The notes: a model not told the origin generated them from the sequence alone. A DNA stretch of 64,000 nucleotides from an uncultured Pseudomonadales bacterium (GCA_964449995.1 CAYVBW010000001.1:1618-65617), one strand, 5' to 3'. Positions 39,355 through 48,827 are shown, counted from the first letter of the stretch. A program made the numbers and translations.

Positions 39355-39807
39355 ATGAAAAAAATCATTAAATTTATTAAAATCTTTTGTTTTTTTGCTA
39401 TTATTTTTTTTGTCAGCACCAACAAAACCTTTGCCCAAACCAGAGTTTGGGAAAGTATTAATCAACATTGTGTTGTTGATGGCGTTGCCACTATCCAGGG
39501 TGTATCTTGCTTGATTGCTAATGTTTTATCAGTTGCTCTCACAGTCATTGGTCTGGCTGGATTCATCATGCTAATAGTTGGCTCCTTAAAATGGCTCTTG
39601 TCAGGAGGCAGCTCTCAAAATGTAGACAGCGCTAAAAAAACCATGACTTATGCCGTGGTTGGACTGGTAGTAGCGCTTAGCTCATTTATGATAATCAATC
39701 TAATTGCTCAGTTTACTGGAGTCAATGTTATTACTGAGTTCTTTATTCCTGGAAGCGATACCGGTCTTGAGGGAGGTCCACAATGGGAAGATGTGGGTCG
39801 ACTGTAG
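39355..39807 (+). CDS. pilin-like two-TM protein, paralog 7 (signal peptide, two Cys in ectodomain)
   Basis: Signal peptide ...TFAQT; core LKWLLSGGSSQNVDSAKKTMTYAVVGLVVALSSF. Confidence 0.55.
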   Translation: MKKIIKFIKIFCFFAIIFFVSTNKTFAQTRVWESINQHCVVDGVATIQGVSCLIANVLSVALTVIGLAGFIMLIVGSLKWLLSGGSSQNVDSAKKTMTYAVVGLVVALSSFMIINLIAQFTGVNVITEFFIPGSDTGLEGGPQWEDVGRL

Positions 39808-39856
39808 CTAAATAACCCAGTCAACGCTTTTGTTCTCACCAGATTCTGCTAACGCC

Positions 39857-40555
39857 CTACTTTCCAAACCTGCGAATTCTTCCTTGATAGTCTTTTAGTG
39901 CCTTGTCCAACTCCTTGATATCAAAATCAGGCATTAGTACTTTTGTAAAATACAACTCTGAATAAACACTTTGCCAAGGCATAAAGCCTGACAATCTTTG
40001 CTCCCCACCGGTCCTAATTATTAAATCCGGATCAGGAATTCCCTTAGTATCCAAGTATTGCTCAAGCTCATCCGCCCCCAACTGCTCAAGACTCAGTCCA
40101 GCAGCAACCGCCTGCCTAACTGCTCTTACTATCTCATCCCTGCCCCCATAGTTTAAGGCAAAGGTGACAGTAATTTTATAATCTTTTTTATTAATTTCTT
40201 TAAACCGATTAACACTTTCTTGAATATCCTGAGGAAACCGACTCAAATCACCAATTGTTTTCACCCTCACCTTCTCTTTTACCATCTCATCAAAGCCCTC
40301 ACTAAAAGAGAGACGCATCAAGTCCATAATTGCCTCAACCTCAGCCTTATCTCTTTGCCAATTCTCAGTACTAAAAGCCCACAAAGTTAAAAAAGGAATC
40401 CCCAGAGAAATGCAGTGTCGAGTAAGATCTTCAATATTTTCTCGAGCAACTTTCTCATGACCCTTAAAAATCTTAAGCTTGTTTTGTCTAGCCCAACGGC
40501 GATTACCATCCATAATAATAGCGATGTGTTGAGGAAGAGAATTGGTCTTTTTCAT
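39857..40555 (-). CDS. uppS: undecaprenyl/isoprenyl diphosphate synthase (cis-prenyltransferase)
   Basis: HIAIIMDGNRRWA catalytic motif, RTGGEQRLSGF C-terminal motif. Confidence 0.9.
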   Translation of the reverse strand: MKKTNSLPQHIAIIMDGNRRWARQNKLKIFKGHEKVARENIEDLTRHCISLGIPFLTLWAFSTENWQRDKAEVEAIMDLMRLSFSEGFDEMVKEKVRVKTIGDLSRFPQDIQESVNRFKEINKKDYKITVTFALNYGGRDEIVRAVRQAVAAGLSLEQLGADELEQYLDTKGIPDPDLIIRTGGEQRLSGFMPWQSVYSELYFTKVLMPDFDIKELDKALKDYQGRIRRFGK

Positions 40556-40566
40556 AATTTAAAGGC

Positions 40567-41364
40567 TTAAGCTGTTATTTTAGTACCCTTAACTGACTTG
40601 CCACCAATAGCATCAGATAAAGTACCATGAACAATTCCGTCAATAATTAGGCCAGGAATGCCTTGTTTTGCTAATAACAAAGTCTCCTCGACTTTATGCA
40701 ACATACCTCCTGTTACATCTGTCCCGCCTGACCCACCCAAATTTTGGCGGTATTGTCCAATATTCTTACCATTGATTTCTTTAATAGTTTTACCATCAGC
40801 ATCATAAACTCCACTTGTTTGCCCACATTGAATAATTTGTTCAACACGATAATCCTTGGCTTTTAAAGCCAGTCCCAAATACGCAAGCACTTTCTCAGTA
40901 GAAAAAATTGTGCATCCCATCTTTTCATCCAGGATTTGATCGCCATATACAACTGGCAGTAAGCCTTGGGTCAAAAGCAACTCAATCGATTTGGTAAAAA
41001 TATCTGACAGCTTGTGCTCACTAGCCACCATACTGCTTAGAGGAGAAACAGAAACCGCATTAATCTTTTCTTTTAAAAATTTTTTTATCACAATGCGATT
41101 TAGCCTTGCTGCCACGTCTGACACTTCAGCAATCCCGCGATAACTCTGTTTATTAATAATTCCCTTGTGGGTTTGATATTTTTTTGCTGGCACATGTGCA
41201 AAAGAGCCCGCACCATGACCAATTATTAACAATTTCCCCATATTAACAGCTTTTTTTACCTCTGAGGCAATAATATCCAAAGCTTCTTCGTTTACAGTAA
41301 AGGGCTTGTTTTTGTCTGTAATAAGGGAGCCCCCGATTTTAATTAAGATTATTGGTTTATGCAT
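40567..41364 (-). CDS. isopentenyl phosphate kinase (amino-acid-kinase fold)
   Basis: IILIKIGGSLITDK N-terminal glycine-rich AAK motif, HGAGSFAH, C-terminal GGM region; genomic context inside mevalonate operon. Confidence 0.65.
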   Translation of the reverse strand: MHKPIILIKIGGSLITDKNKPFTVNEEALDIIASEVKKAVNMGKLLIIGHGAGSFAHVPAKKYQTHKGIINKQSYRGIAEVSDVAARLNRIVIKKFLKEKINAVSVSPLSSMVASEHKLSDIFTKSIELLLTQGLLPVVYGDQILDEKMGCTIFSTEKVLAYLGLALKAKDYRVEQIIQCGQTSGVYDADGKTIKEINGKNIGQYRQNLGGSGGTDVTGGMLHKVEETLLLAKQGIPGLIIDGIVHGTLSDAIGGKSVKGTKITA

Positions 41365-41908
41365 AGTTTGCCAAATTTTGTTTGATATTTTTTTGTGACA
41401 AGATAATACTCACCCATGGGGCAAAATTGCTCGCTGCTGTTAATAGTTGCTTAAATTGAATCCACCCAACCTCAGACACCTCATCTGGATTTGGCTTAAG
41501 CTCCCCCTTAAAATCCCCAACAAAAACTGTGTCTATTTCATTCTCACTAAAGCCATTGTCAAAACTTACTTGGTATTGAAACTTACCAACTTTACTCAAC
41601 CCTACCCCCTCAATACCTAACTCCTCTTTTAATCGGCGCTTAGCACAATCTAAGTAACTTTCGCCAGGCCGAACATTTCCGCATGCAGTGTTAGCCCACT
41701 GATTGGCTGCCACTATTTTTTTCTTACTTCGTTTTTGAATTAGAACTTCACCTGTAGCATTAAACAAAAAAACACTGCAGGCTCGATGTAATTTACCTAA
41801 GCCCTTATGCGTCTCAATAACATTTTCTGACCCAATCACCTCATCATCTGCATTAACTAGCACAACCCGATCAAGCTTTTGATAAATTTTATTGTTTGTG
41901 CTGTTCAT
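41357..41908 (-). CDS. idi: isopentenyl-diphosphate delta-isomerase, type 1 (Nudix fold)
   Basis: HRACSVFLFN...NTACGNVRPGESYLDCAKRRLKEELGI contains catalytic Cys and Nudix-like GE...RR..EELG box. Confidence 0.7.
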   Translation of the reverse strand: MNSTNNKIYQKLDRVVLVNADDEVIGSENVIETHKGLGKLHRACSVFLFNATGEVLIQKRSKKKIVAANQWANTACGNVRPGESYLDCAKRRLKEELGIEGVGLSKVGKFQYQVSFDNGFSENEIDTVFVGDFKGELKPNPDEVSEVGWIQFKQLLTAASNFAPWVSIILSQKNIKQNLANYA

Positions 41909-41948
41909 AATTTTTAAAACCGCCCCTATTTAACAAGGCTAAAAAAAC

Positions 41949-42245
41949 TCATGCTTGCTTAACTTTTTTTACTTTAAGCTGATATTCTAATGGATCAGAA
42001 TCATTTTTTTTAGAACCTTTTCTTAACACACACCTAACCTTATCCCCTATCTCCAGCCTTTGATGACCAACTCCCATTAACTCTTTCCTATTTTTCCCAA
42101 AGGCTACAATTGCCAAAGAATAGGGAGCCGCCCTCAAGTGCTCACTGCCAGCAACCCTAATATAGGTGCTTACCACAACCTGTCCAGTTTTGCCCAAAAA
42201 ACTCTTCCATTGTTTATTGAGTCTTGTGTATTTAGCCGGATGCAT
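41949..42245 (-). CDS. DUF35-family OB-fold protein (thiolase/HMG-CoA synthase scaffold partner)
   Basis: 98-aa OB-fold-sized ORF immediately downstream of thiolase and HMGCS as in archaeal thiolase/HMGCS/DUF35 complexes. Confidence 0.55.
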   Translation of the reverse strand: MHPAKYTRLNKQWKSFLGKTGQVVVSTYIRVAGSEHLRAAPYSLAIVAFGKNRKELMGVGHQRLEIGDKVRCVLRKGSKKNDSDPLEYQLKVKKVKQA

Positions 42246-42281
42246 AATTTTATTTTATATTAATTGAATAATATTAAATTG

Positions 42282-43388
42282 CTAGCCAACTACATGAACT
42301 ACAGCTGTAGCTCCAGATCCTCCCACGTTATGGGCCAAGCCTAATTTATAACGCTCATCCTCAATTTGCTGAGCTAAATAAACAACCTGTTTGATGCCGG
42401 TAGCACCGATTGGATGACCAAATGCTTTTAAACCACCTGATAAGTTAATCACAACTTTTCCATTCAATTTTGTTTCGTGGTTGAGCGTAGCCCGACCACC
42501 CATTCCTTTGTCAAAAAAACCCAAGTCCTCGATCGCCAAAATCTCTGCAATAGTAAAACAATCGTGAACCTCTGCCAACTGTATTTGATCTGGCCTAACA
42601 TCAGCCATCTGATAAGACTTTTGTGCTGCTTGCACCGTTGCTCTCAAGGTAGTTAAATCTTTTCTACTAGCTAAGTCCAAAGCATCTTGAGCATGACCAA
42701 AACCTAAAATTTTGGGCTTATTTTTCATCTTGCGGCCTGTTAGTATCACAGCTGAAGCCCCGTCTGAAATTGGCGAGCAATCTAGCAATCTAAGAGGATC
42801 TGCCACTAAAGGACTTTGTGAGACTTGATCTAAAGTAAATTCTCGATGAAATTGAGCCAAAGGGTTCTCCAAGGCATGTGTGTGATTTTTTACAGCTACA
42901 GCAGACAGCATTTCCCTAGATGTTTTAAACTTTTCTGTATGCACTTGGGCCAGTAAGGCATACAAGCCAGGGAAAGTTGAGCCATTTTCAGCATCATGAT
43001 TAGCTGCCATAGCAAGAATTCGGGTGGCATTGCTCGCAGTTGTATCTGTCATCTTTTCGGCCCCAACTACCAAAGCAGTTTGACAATACCCTGACAAAAT
43101 CGCCTGTTCTGCAGCCAATAAAGCCAACCCCCCAGAAGCGCAAGCTCCCTCCACTCTCATGCTGGGAGGAAAATGATTAAAAAACTGACTTACCAAAGCA
43201 TTGAGATGAAGTTGATTGTTAAATTCTCCAGGGGCTTTGCTGGCAACAAAAACTTGGTCTATTTGTCTAGAATCAATACCAGCATTTTTAACAGAACCCC
43301 CAATTGCTTCTTGAAACAAATCAGCCAACCCTTTTTCCCAGAGTTCTCCGACCTTAGTTGTATGATGACCCGCAATAGTAATTTGCAT
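42282..43388 (-). CDS. acetyl-CoA C-acetyltransferase (archaeal-type thiolase)
   Basis: Thiolase fold with active-site Cys region VEGACASGGLALL, C-terminal GHPIGATG and NVGGSGA motifs. Confidence 0.8.
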   Translation of the reverse strand: MQITIAGHHTTKVGELWEKGLADLFQEAIGGSVKNAGIDSRQIDQVFVASKAPGEFNNQLHLNALVSQFFNHFPPSMRVEGACASGGLALLAAEQAILSGYCQTALVVGAEKMTDTTASNATRILAMAANHDAENGSTFPGLYALLAQVHTEKFKTSREMLSAVAVKNHTHALENPLAQFHREFTLDQVSQSPLVADPLRLLDCSPISDGASAVILTGRKMKNKPKILGFGHAQDALDLASRKDLTTLRATVQAAQKSYQMADVRPDQIQLAEVHDCFTIAEILAIEDLGFFDKGMGGRATLNHETKLNGKVVINLSGGLKAFGHPIGATGIKQVVYLAQQIEDERYKLGLAHNVGGSGATAVVHVVG

Positions 43389-43413
43389 TGTATTTAACCT
43401 AGCTAAAAACTAA

Positions 43414-44484
43414 TCAGTGATACCTGTCTTTTGTAAGTCTGGCATACTGCTGATAACTAATTGGTTGTAAATTTTTAATTTTGTCTAAAGTAAAATCCTG
43501 CCATTTTTTTCTCTGCTTGGGCAAATTATCGGTAGTCTCAAAAACAAAACTATCTGCTCCAGCACCAGAGCCATAGGCTGTTACAAAAATCTTTTTTCCG
43601 GCTGGAGCTTGGTCTAAAATAGCTGCCAAAGCCAAGGGCACACTCCCAGCATAAGTATTGCCTACCTTTTTTACAATCAAACCCGGCTTAAGTTGTTTTG
43701 AAGAAAATCCCAACTGCTTGGCAGCTTGTAGGGGAAATTTGCCATTGGGTGTATGAAAAACACAGTAATCAAAGTCTTCAGCCTTAAGTTTCATTTCTTT
43801 TAAAAGCATTTTGCTGGATTTAATCACATGATAAAAATAAGCTGGCTTACCAGTGAATCTTCCTCCGTGGTGAGGAAAATCCTCCCCGGACTTTCTCCAA
43901 AAATCAGGGGTGTCGCTAGCAACTGATGAAGTTGCCAATAATTTCACCAGCAGGTTGGTAGAACCAAAAATAAAAGCTGCAGCCCCAGCTGCAGCAGTGT
44001 ACTCCAGCGCATCTCCTGGCTTGGCCTGAGCTACATCTGCCCCAATAGCCAAGGCATATTTAGCAAAGTCACTTAAAATATAGCTAGCACAAATCTGCAT
44101 TCCCTGAGTCCCTGCCTTGCAGGCAAATTGCAAATCCGCCATGGCCAATTCTTCTGGCAAGCCCAACGCGCCCGCAACCACAGAACCTGAGGGCTTAACT
44201 GCATAGGGATGACTTTCACTACCAACAAACAAAGCACTAATTTTTTTACTACCAAAATTTTTAGTAATCCCGGCTCTAGCTAGAGCTTGCCAGGCTGCTG
44301 AAGTTGAAAGAGTGATTGTGTCCTCATCAAAATCTGGCACTGTTTTTTGCTCAACCAACAAAGAATTACTCACTGTACCGATCTCTTTGTTGTGAGCCAT
44401 TTCCAACTCTTTTATAGACAAAGACCAGCTTGGCAACTCGGTGCCATAAGCCACAATTCCCACTGGTTTATTAATCACTGGCAT
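43414..44484 (-). CDS. hydroxymethylglutaryl-CoA synthase (archaeal/short type)
   Basis: Initiation-condensing-enzyme fold; ADLQFACKAGTQGM catalytic Cys region; TAYGSGAGADSFVFE C-terminal motif. Confidence 0.8.
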   Translation of the reverse strand: MPVINKPVGIVAYGTELPSWSLSIKELEMAHNKEIGTVSNSLLVEQKTVPDFDEDTITLSTSAAWQALARAGITKNFGSKKISALFVGSESHPYAVKPSGSVVAGALGLPEELAMADLQFACKAGTQGMQICASYILSDFAKYALAIGADVAQAKPGDALEYTAAAGAAAFIFGSTNLLVKLLATSSVASDTPDFWRKSGEDFPHHGGRFTGKPAYFYHVIKSSKMLLKEMKLKAEDFDYCVFHTPNGKFPLQAAKQLGFSSKQLKPGLIVKKVGNTYAGSVPLALAAILDQAPAGKKIFVTAYGSGAGADSFVFETTDNLPKQRKKWQDFTLDKIKNLQPISYQQYARLTKDRYH

Positions 44485-44544
44485 AATCTTTTAATTTTTA
44501 TTTAATGTATATTTTTTAATAATTTGCTAAAAATTTCCCCAAGC

Positions 44545-45852
44545 CTATCTAGCCAGTTTCTGATGAGCGCAGGCCAAGCTTTGCGTAGCTAAAGCAGCCA
44601 GTCCAGATAGCTCCCCAGACAAAACCGCAACCGCCACAACACCTGCTAGCTCTTCGGCCCTAATCTCCCTACCAAAGATTAATTTTCGAGCTTGCTGGAA
44701 TGGAGTTAAGCCACTTCCTCCTCCAACCACTCCGACATTAACATTAGGCATATTTAGTGCGACATAAAGCGAATTATTAGGCTTTTGTTCAACCAACAGA
44801 CTAGCCTGAGAACACTCAACAACATGAGCCATATCTTGGCCTGTAGCCAAAAATAGTCCGGCAACCATGTTGGCAGCATGCATGTTTAAAGAATCTGCCC
44901 CAGCTAAATTGGAGCCAACAACATTTTTCCAATAATAAGTTTTATAAAAATCCTGTACGCCAACTTTTAATACAGACTGTAAAATTTTTTTATTCAACAG
45001 GACCTCAGCCTGAACACTGTATCCCCTGCCCAACAAACGATTAATTGCAGAAGTTTTTTTATCAACACACATATTCCCAGACAAAGAGATTAATTCTATG
45101 TTGGGATATGAGGAAATTACTTCTTTCCAAGCTTGACCCAGCGCTAAGGTCACCATATTCATACCCATGGCCTGGTCAGTGTCAAAAACAAAGCGAGCAT
45201 AAACCGCCCTACCAACAACCCAAGCATGACAATCCTTTAACTTTAAATGCTGGCTGGTCTTTTCACATACTTGCTTAATTTTTTTTAAACCACCCTTATT
45301 TTCTATCCAATCCACAAATTCCTTTGCCTCAAAATGATTAAGAAAGCCAAAAACAGGGGCTCTAGTCATACCTATTTTTTCAACAAATACTCGCGTTGGT
45401 TTGGTTTTACTTAAAGCCTTCATGCCCCTGGCAACACTAGCAACCAAAGCTCCTTCTGTGGTAGCCAGCGGGATAAACAGTTCTTGTTGGAACGGTTCAC
45501 CGCCATCAATTGTCATCTGCACAGAAGCTGGACCAGCCACCCCCACAGGTATCTCCACACTACCCAACAAATTTTCGCAGTTTTTTTGTTCAGCCTGCTT
45601 TACATCTATTTTGTTAATCTTAAAAAAATTAGAAAAATCAAGTTGATCGGTAGTCCCACTTCCCCCATCCTTCTTATGCATAAATTTTCTTCTCTTTAGA
45701 TAATCAATCAAGATAGCCTGACGTTGCAAAATTTTTTCTTGAGAAGATCCTACGAAGTTTTTTAAATTAAGACTGATCATAAATTTTGTTTCTTTCCACA
45801 AAAACCAACACCCTGTTTGAAGGGCAATAAATATAGTCGTGTTTTGTGCCAA
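44545..45852 (-). CDS. hydroxymethylglutaryl-CoA reductase
   Basis: EIPVGVAGP, TTEGALVAS, DAMGMNMV and GTVGG-like motifs diagnostic of HMGR; real start probably an internal Met. Confidence 0.85.
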   Translation of the reverse strand: MAQNTTIFIALQTGCWFLWKETKFMISLNLKNFVGSSQEKILQRQAILIDYLKRRKFMHKKDGGSGTTDQLDFSNFFKINKIDVKQAEQKNCENLLGSVEIPVGVAGPASVQMTIDGGEPFQQELFIPLATTEGALVASVARGMKALSKTKPTRVFVEKIGMTRAPVFGFLNHFEAKEFVDWIENKGGLKKIKQVCEKTSQHLKLKDCHAWVVGRAVYARFVFDTDQAMGMNMVTLALGQAWKEVISSYPNIELISLSGNMCVDKKTSAINRLLGRGYSVQAEVLLNKKILQSVLKVGVQDFYKTYYWKNVVGSNLAGADSLNMHAANMVAGLFLATGQDMAHVVECSQASLLVEQKPNNSLYVALNMPNVNVGVVGGGSGLTPFQQARKLIFGREIRAEELAGVVAVAVLSGELSGLAALATQSLACAHQKLAR

Positions 45853-45903
45853 AAATCATTCAAGCTCATGATAAAATAAGATTTTGAACCAAATAATTGC
45901 TCA

Positions 45904-48153
45904 TTGGTAATGAACACACAATACAACCACAAACAACACGAAAAAAACATCTATCAGCTCTGGGAAGAAAGCAATTCTTTTAATCCAGATAGCAATCCCA
46001 AACCCTCTGATGATAGGTTTTGCATAATCATGCCTCCACCCAATGCCAACGATCCCCTCCACATTGGACACGCCATGTTTGTCACTATTGAAGACATCTT
46101 GATTCGATATCATCGAATGCTGGGCGACGACACACTCTGGCTTCCCGGCACAGACCACGCAGGAATCGAAACCCAGTTTGTTTTTGAAAAAAAGCTTAAA
46201 AAAGAGGGCAAAAGCAGGTTCAGCTTTGACCGCAAAACACTCTACCAAAAAATTTGGAACTACGTTCAAAAAAACTCTGATTTATCCATTAACCAAATGA
46301 AGCAATTAGGAGCTAGCGCAGACTGGAGTAGGTTTAGTTTTATGCTAGATGAACCAATTATAGAGATGGTTTTAGAAACTTTTAAAAAACTACATGATAA
46401 AAAACTAATTTATCGAGATTTAAAACTGGTCAACTTCAGCCCAGCTGCCGGCACAGCCTACAGCGACTTGGAAATCAAGCATGAGGAAAGAAACACCCCG
46501 CTTTATTACATTCAATATGGCCCACTTGTGTTGGCTACCACTCGTCCCGAAACTATTTTCGGAGATGTTGCGGTGGCCGTACACCCAGACGACAAACGCT
46601 ACCAAAAATGGATTAACAAAGAAATAAAAATCTCCAACCCCGTTAAAACATTCTTGGTAAAAGTTGTTGCCGATGATAGTGTTGATATGGATTTTGGCAC
46701 CGGAGCTGTAAAGATTACCCCATTTCACGATCATAGTGACTTTGCTATTTGGCAAAGACACAAAAAAGGGTTGCGCCAACCCCAACAAGTAATTGACTTT
46801 GACGGACGAATGATGGAGCCAGCTGGCAAATATACCGGAATGAAAGTGGCTCAGGCTAGAGAAGCCGTGGTTGGTGACATGCAATCCATGAATCTAATTA
46901 AGAAAGTTGACCGCGACTATAGACATACAATAGCGCTGTGTTATAAAACCAAATCTGTCATTGAACCACTCCCCTTGTCACAGTTTTTTATTAAAGTTGA
47001 GCCACTAGTCAAACCCGTAATCAAAGCTCTTAATTCAGGAGAGATCAAGGTTTATGGAGCTGGTCATGATAAGATTTTAAAACACTGGCTAACCAACCTC
47101 AAAGATTGGAATATTTCAAGGCAAGTAGTTTGGGGCATTCAAATGCCAGTTTGGTATCAAATAAAAAATTATGAGGACCAAATTACGGTTGGTTATTTAG
47201 ACAAAGACAAGTCATTTGTTAGTAAAACCCTTAAAGAGGCGCTAAAAAACACAACTTTAGAAAAAATTATTAACGGATTACAAACCCTCAGAGCCAGCCG
47301 GTCTGTTCCCTACAAAGTGAGTCAAGCCAACCCTAAAAAAGGTGATTGGATTCAAGAAACTGATACTTTTGACACCTGGTTTTCTTCCAGCCAATGGCCT
47401 GTCACAGCTCTTAAAAACGCACAGCCAGGAGACTTTGAGCGCTTCTACCCCACCCAGGTGATGGAAACAGGCTATGATATTCTGCCGTTCTGGGTAATGA
47501 GAATGCTAATGATGGGACACTTTATGACAGGAAAGTTTCCTTTTAAAAATATTTACCTTCATGGGCTGATTAGAGACTCAAAGGGCAACAAAATGAGTAA
47601 AAGCAAAGGCAATGTCGTGAACCCATTGCAAGTAACCGAAAAATATGGAACTGACGCCCTTAGAATGGCATTAGTAATTCGATCGTCAATGGGTTTAGAC
47701 AAATCCATTGGAGAACCCGATTTTAAAGCCGGACGCAACCTAACTAACAAGCTTTGGAATGCTGCCCGATTTATTCTCCTCAACTTAAACGAAGAAGGAC
47801 TACAGAATGAGGCCTTAAAAGAATTGGATATTCAGTTTAAAAATAAACTTGATGATGTTGTGGGACAAATCACTCAACAGATTAATCAATTCCAAATTGG
47901 ACTAGCGGCAGAAACGCTTTACACAGAGTTTTGGCATTGGTTTTGCGACCAGGCCATAGAGCAATCCAAACAACAAAAAATATCTCAAAAGAACATTGTT
48001 GCAGGCCTACTTGTTTTCTTAAAACTCGCTCACCCATTTACCCCCTATGTGACAGAGGCTGTCTGGCAAATTTTACAAAAAGAAAAACTACTAAAGGACA
48101 GCGGTTTATTTGAGAAAGAGTTATTAATTACCTCACCGTGGCCAAAGGCATAG
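45904..48153 (+). CDS. valS: valyl-tRNA synthetase (short form lacking C-terminal coiled coil)
   Basis: PPPNANDPLHIGHA (HIGH), LPGTDHAGIETQ, editing domain TTRPETIFGD, KMSKSKGN. Confidence 0.9.
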   Translation: MVMNTQYNHKQHEKNIYQLWEESNSFNPDSNPKPSDDRFCIIMPPPNANDPLHIGHAMFVTIEDILIRYHRMLGDDTLWLPGTDHAGIETQFVFEKKLKKEGKSRFSFDRKTLYQKIWNYVQKNSDLSINQMKQLGASADWSRFSFMLDEPIIEMVLETFKKLHDKKLIYRDLKLVNFSPAAGTAYSDLEIKHEERNTPLYYIQYGPLVLATTRPETIFGDVAVAVHPDDKRYQKWINKEIKISNPVKTFLVKVVADDSVDMDFGTGAVKITPFHDHSDFAIWQRHKKGLRQPQQVIDFDGRMMEPAGKYTGMKVAQAREAVVGDMQSMNLIKKVDRDYRHTIALCYKTKSVIEPLPLSQFFIKVEPLVKPVIKALNSGEIKVYGAGHDKILKHWLTNLKDWNISRQVVWGIQMPVWYQIKNYEDQITVGYLDKDKSFVSKTLKEALKNTTLEKIINGLQTLRASRSVPYKVSQANPKKGDWIQETDTFDTWFSSSQWPVTALKNAQPGDFERFYPTQVMETGYDILPFWVMRMLMMGHFMTGKFPFKNIYLHGLIRDSKGNKMSKSKGNVVNPLQVTEKYGTDALRMALVIRSSMGLDKSIGEPDFKAGRNLTNKLWNAARFILLNLNEEGLQNEALKELDIQFKNKLDDVVGQITQQINQFQIGLAAETLYTEFWHWFCDQAIEQSKQQKISQKNIVAGLLVFLKLAHPFTPYVTEAVWQILQKEKLLKDSGLFEKELLITSPWPKA

Positions 48154-48188
48154 GTTTCAAAAAGCGTGCCAAACTAGATAATCAATTA

Positions 48189-48295
48189 ATTCTGATTAAA
48201 TACCCGCCAACCTTTCTTGCTAAGCGGGGCTGAGGGGCGAAACCCCTCAGAAATGAGCTCATATCTATTACTAATACTAATTTGAGAATTTATTT
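48189..48295 (-). repeat. copy C (short, inverted orientation) of multi-hairpin repeat family
   Basis: Reverse complement AAATAAATTCTCAAATTAGTATTAGTAATAGATATGAGCTCATTTCTGAGGGGTTTCGCCCCTCAG CCCCGCTTAGCAAGAAAGGTTGGCGGG TATTTAATCAGAAT. Confidence 0.7.
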
Positions 48296-48827
48296 AATGA
48301 CCATTTGGACCAAAACGAACACCACTCCGAATAAGACAAAACCAAACAAAATAACAGGAGTTCTTTCAGCTAAATTTTTTAAACTAAAACTAATTACTTC
48401 TCTACTTTTTTTTATTTTTTTTCTCTTTCTATCTCTATTAGCCGAGTCGGCCAAAAATTTTAAAGTATTAATTTTTCTGTATATTTTTTTGTTTATCCAG
48501 GCGCTTCTAATAATATTTTTTCCCAAAAAGCCAGCCCACACAAACCAAAACCAAGATAAATTTTATGAGACCACGACACAAGTCATGGATTTGAGCTCAA
48601 CAAAAACATATTCAATTAACTTTAGCCAAGAAAGTATTCAAGAAGAACTAAAAAAATACCAAGAAAATTTTTTTACAAAGACAGCGCCAGACTCCCCCAC
48701 CAATGTTGCGCGAGACTATCTTATTAACACAGCGCTGCTAAATTTAGCCACCTCACAGGAATCTGAATACCAAAGACTTATCAAACAGGCAAAAGAACTT
48801 GATCCTAATTGGGAGGGTTGGAGGTAG
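48282..48827 (+). CDS. hypothetical membrane protein (annotated 5' end overlaps repeat copy C; true start probably internal)
   Basis: ORF only; Asn/Lys/Phe-rich. Confidence 0.3.
   Translation: MRIYLMTIWTKTNTTPNKTKPNKITGVLSAKFFKLKLITSLLFFIFFLFLSLLAESAKNFKVLIFLYIFLFIQALLIIFFPKKPAHTNQNQDKFYETTTQVMDLSSTKTYSINFSQESIQEELKKYQENFFTKTAPDSPTNVARDYLINTALLNLATSQESEYQRLIKQAKELDPNWEGWR

Noticed and set aside
36311-39807. Pilin-like paralogs as holins or bacteriocin immunity proteins
   Set aside because: There are no phage genes, lysins or bacteriocin precursors nearby. Several paralogs carry Sec signal peptides, and the conserved SGGD..K.EKAR periplasmic loop is unlike holins. The presence of VirB4, PrgI and VirD4 homologs in the same window supports a pilin interpretation. 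This remains unproven.
45901-46269. 122-aa ORF 45901-46269 (-) and other antisense ORFs within valS (46420-46884, 47559-47783)
   Set aside because: They are embedded antisense to a full-length valyl-tRNA synthetase with intact HIGH and KMSKS motifs.
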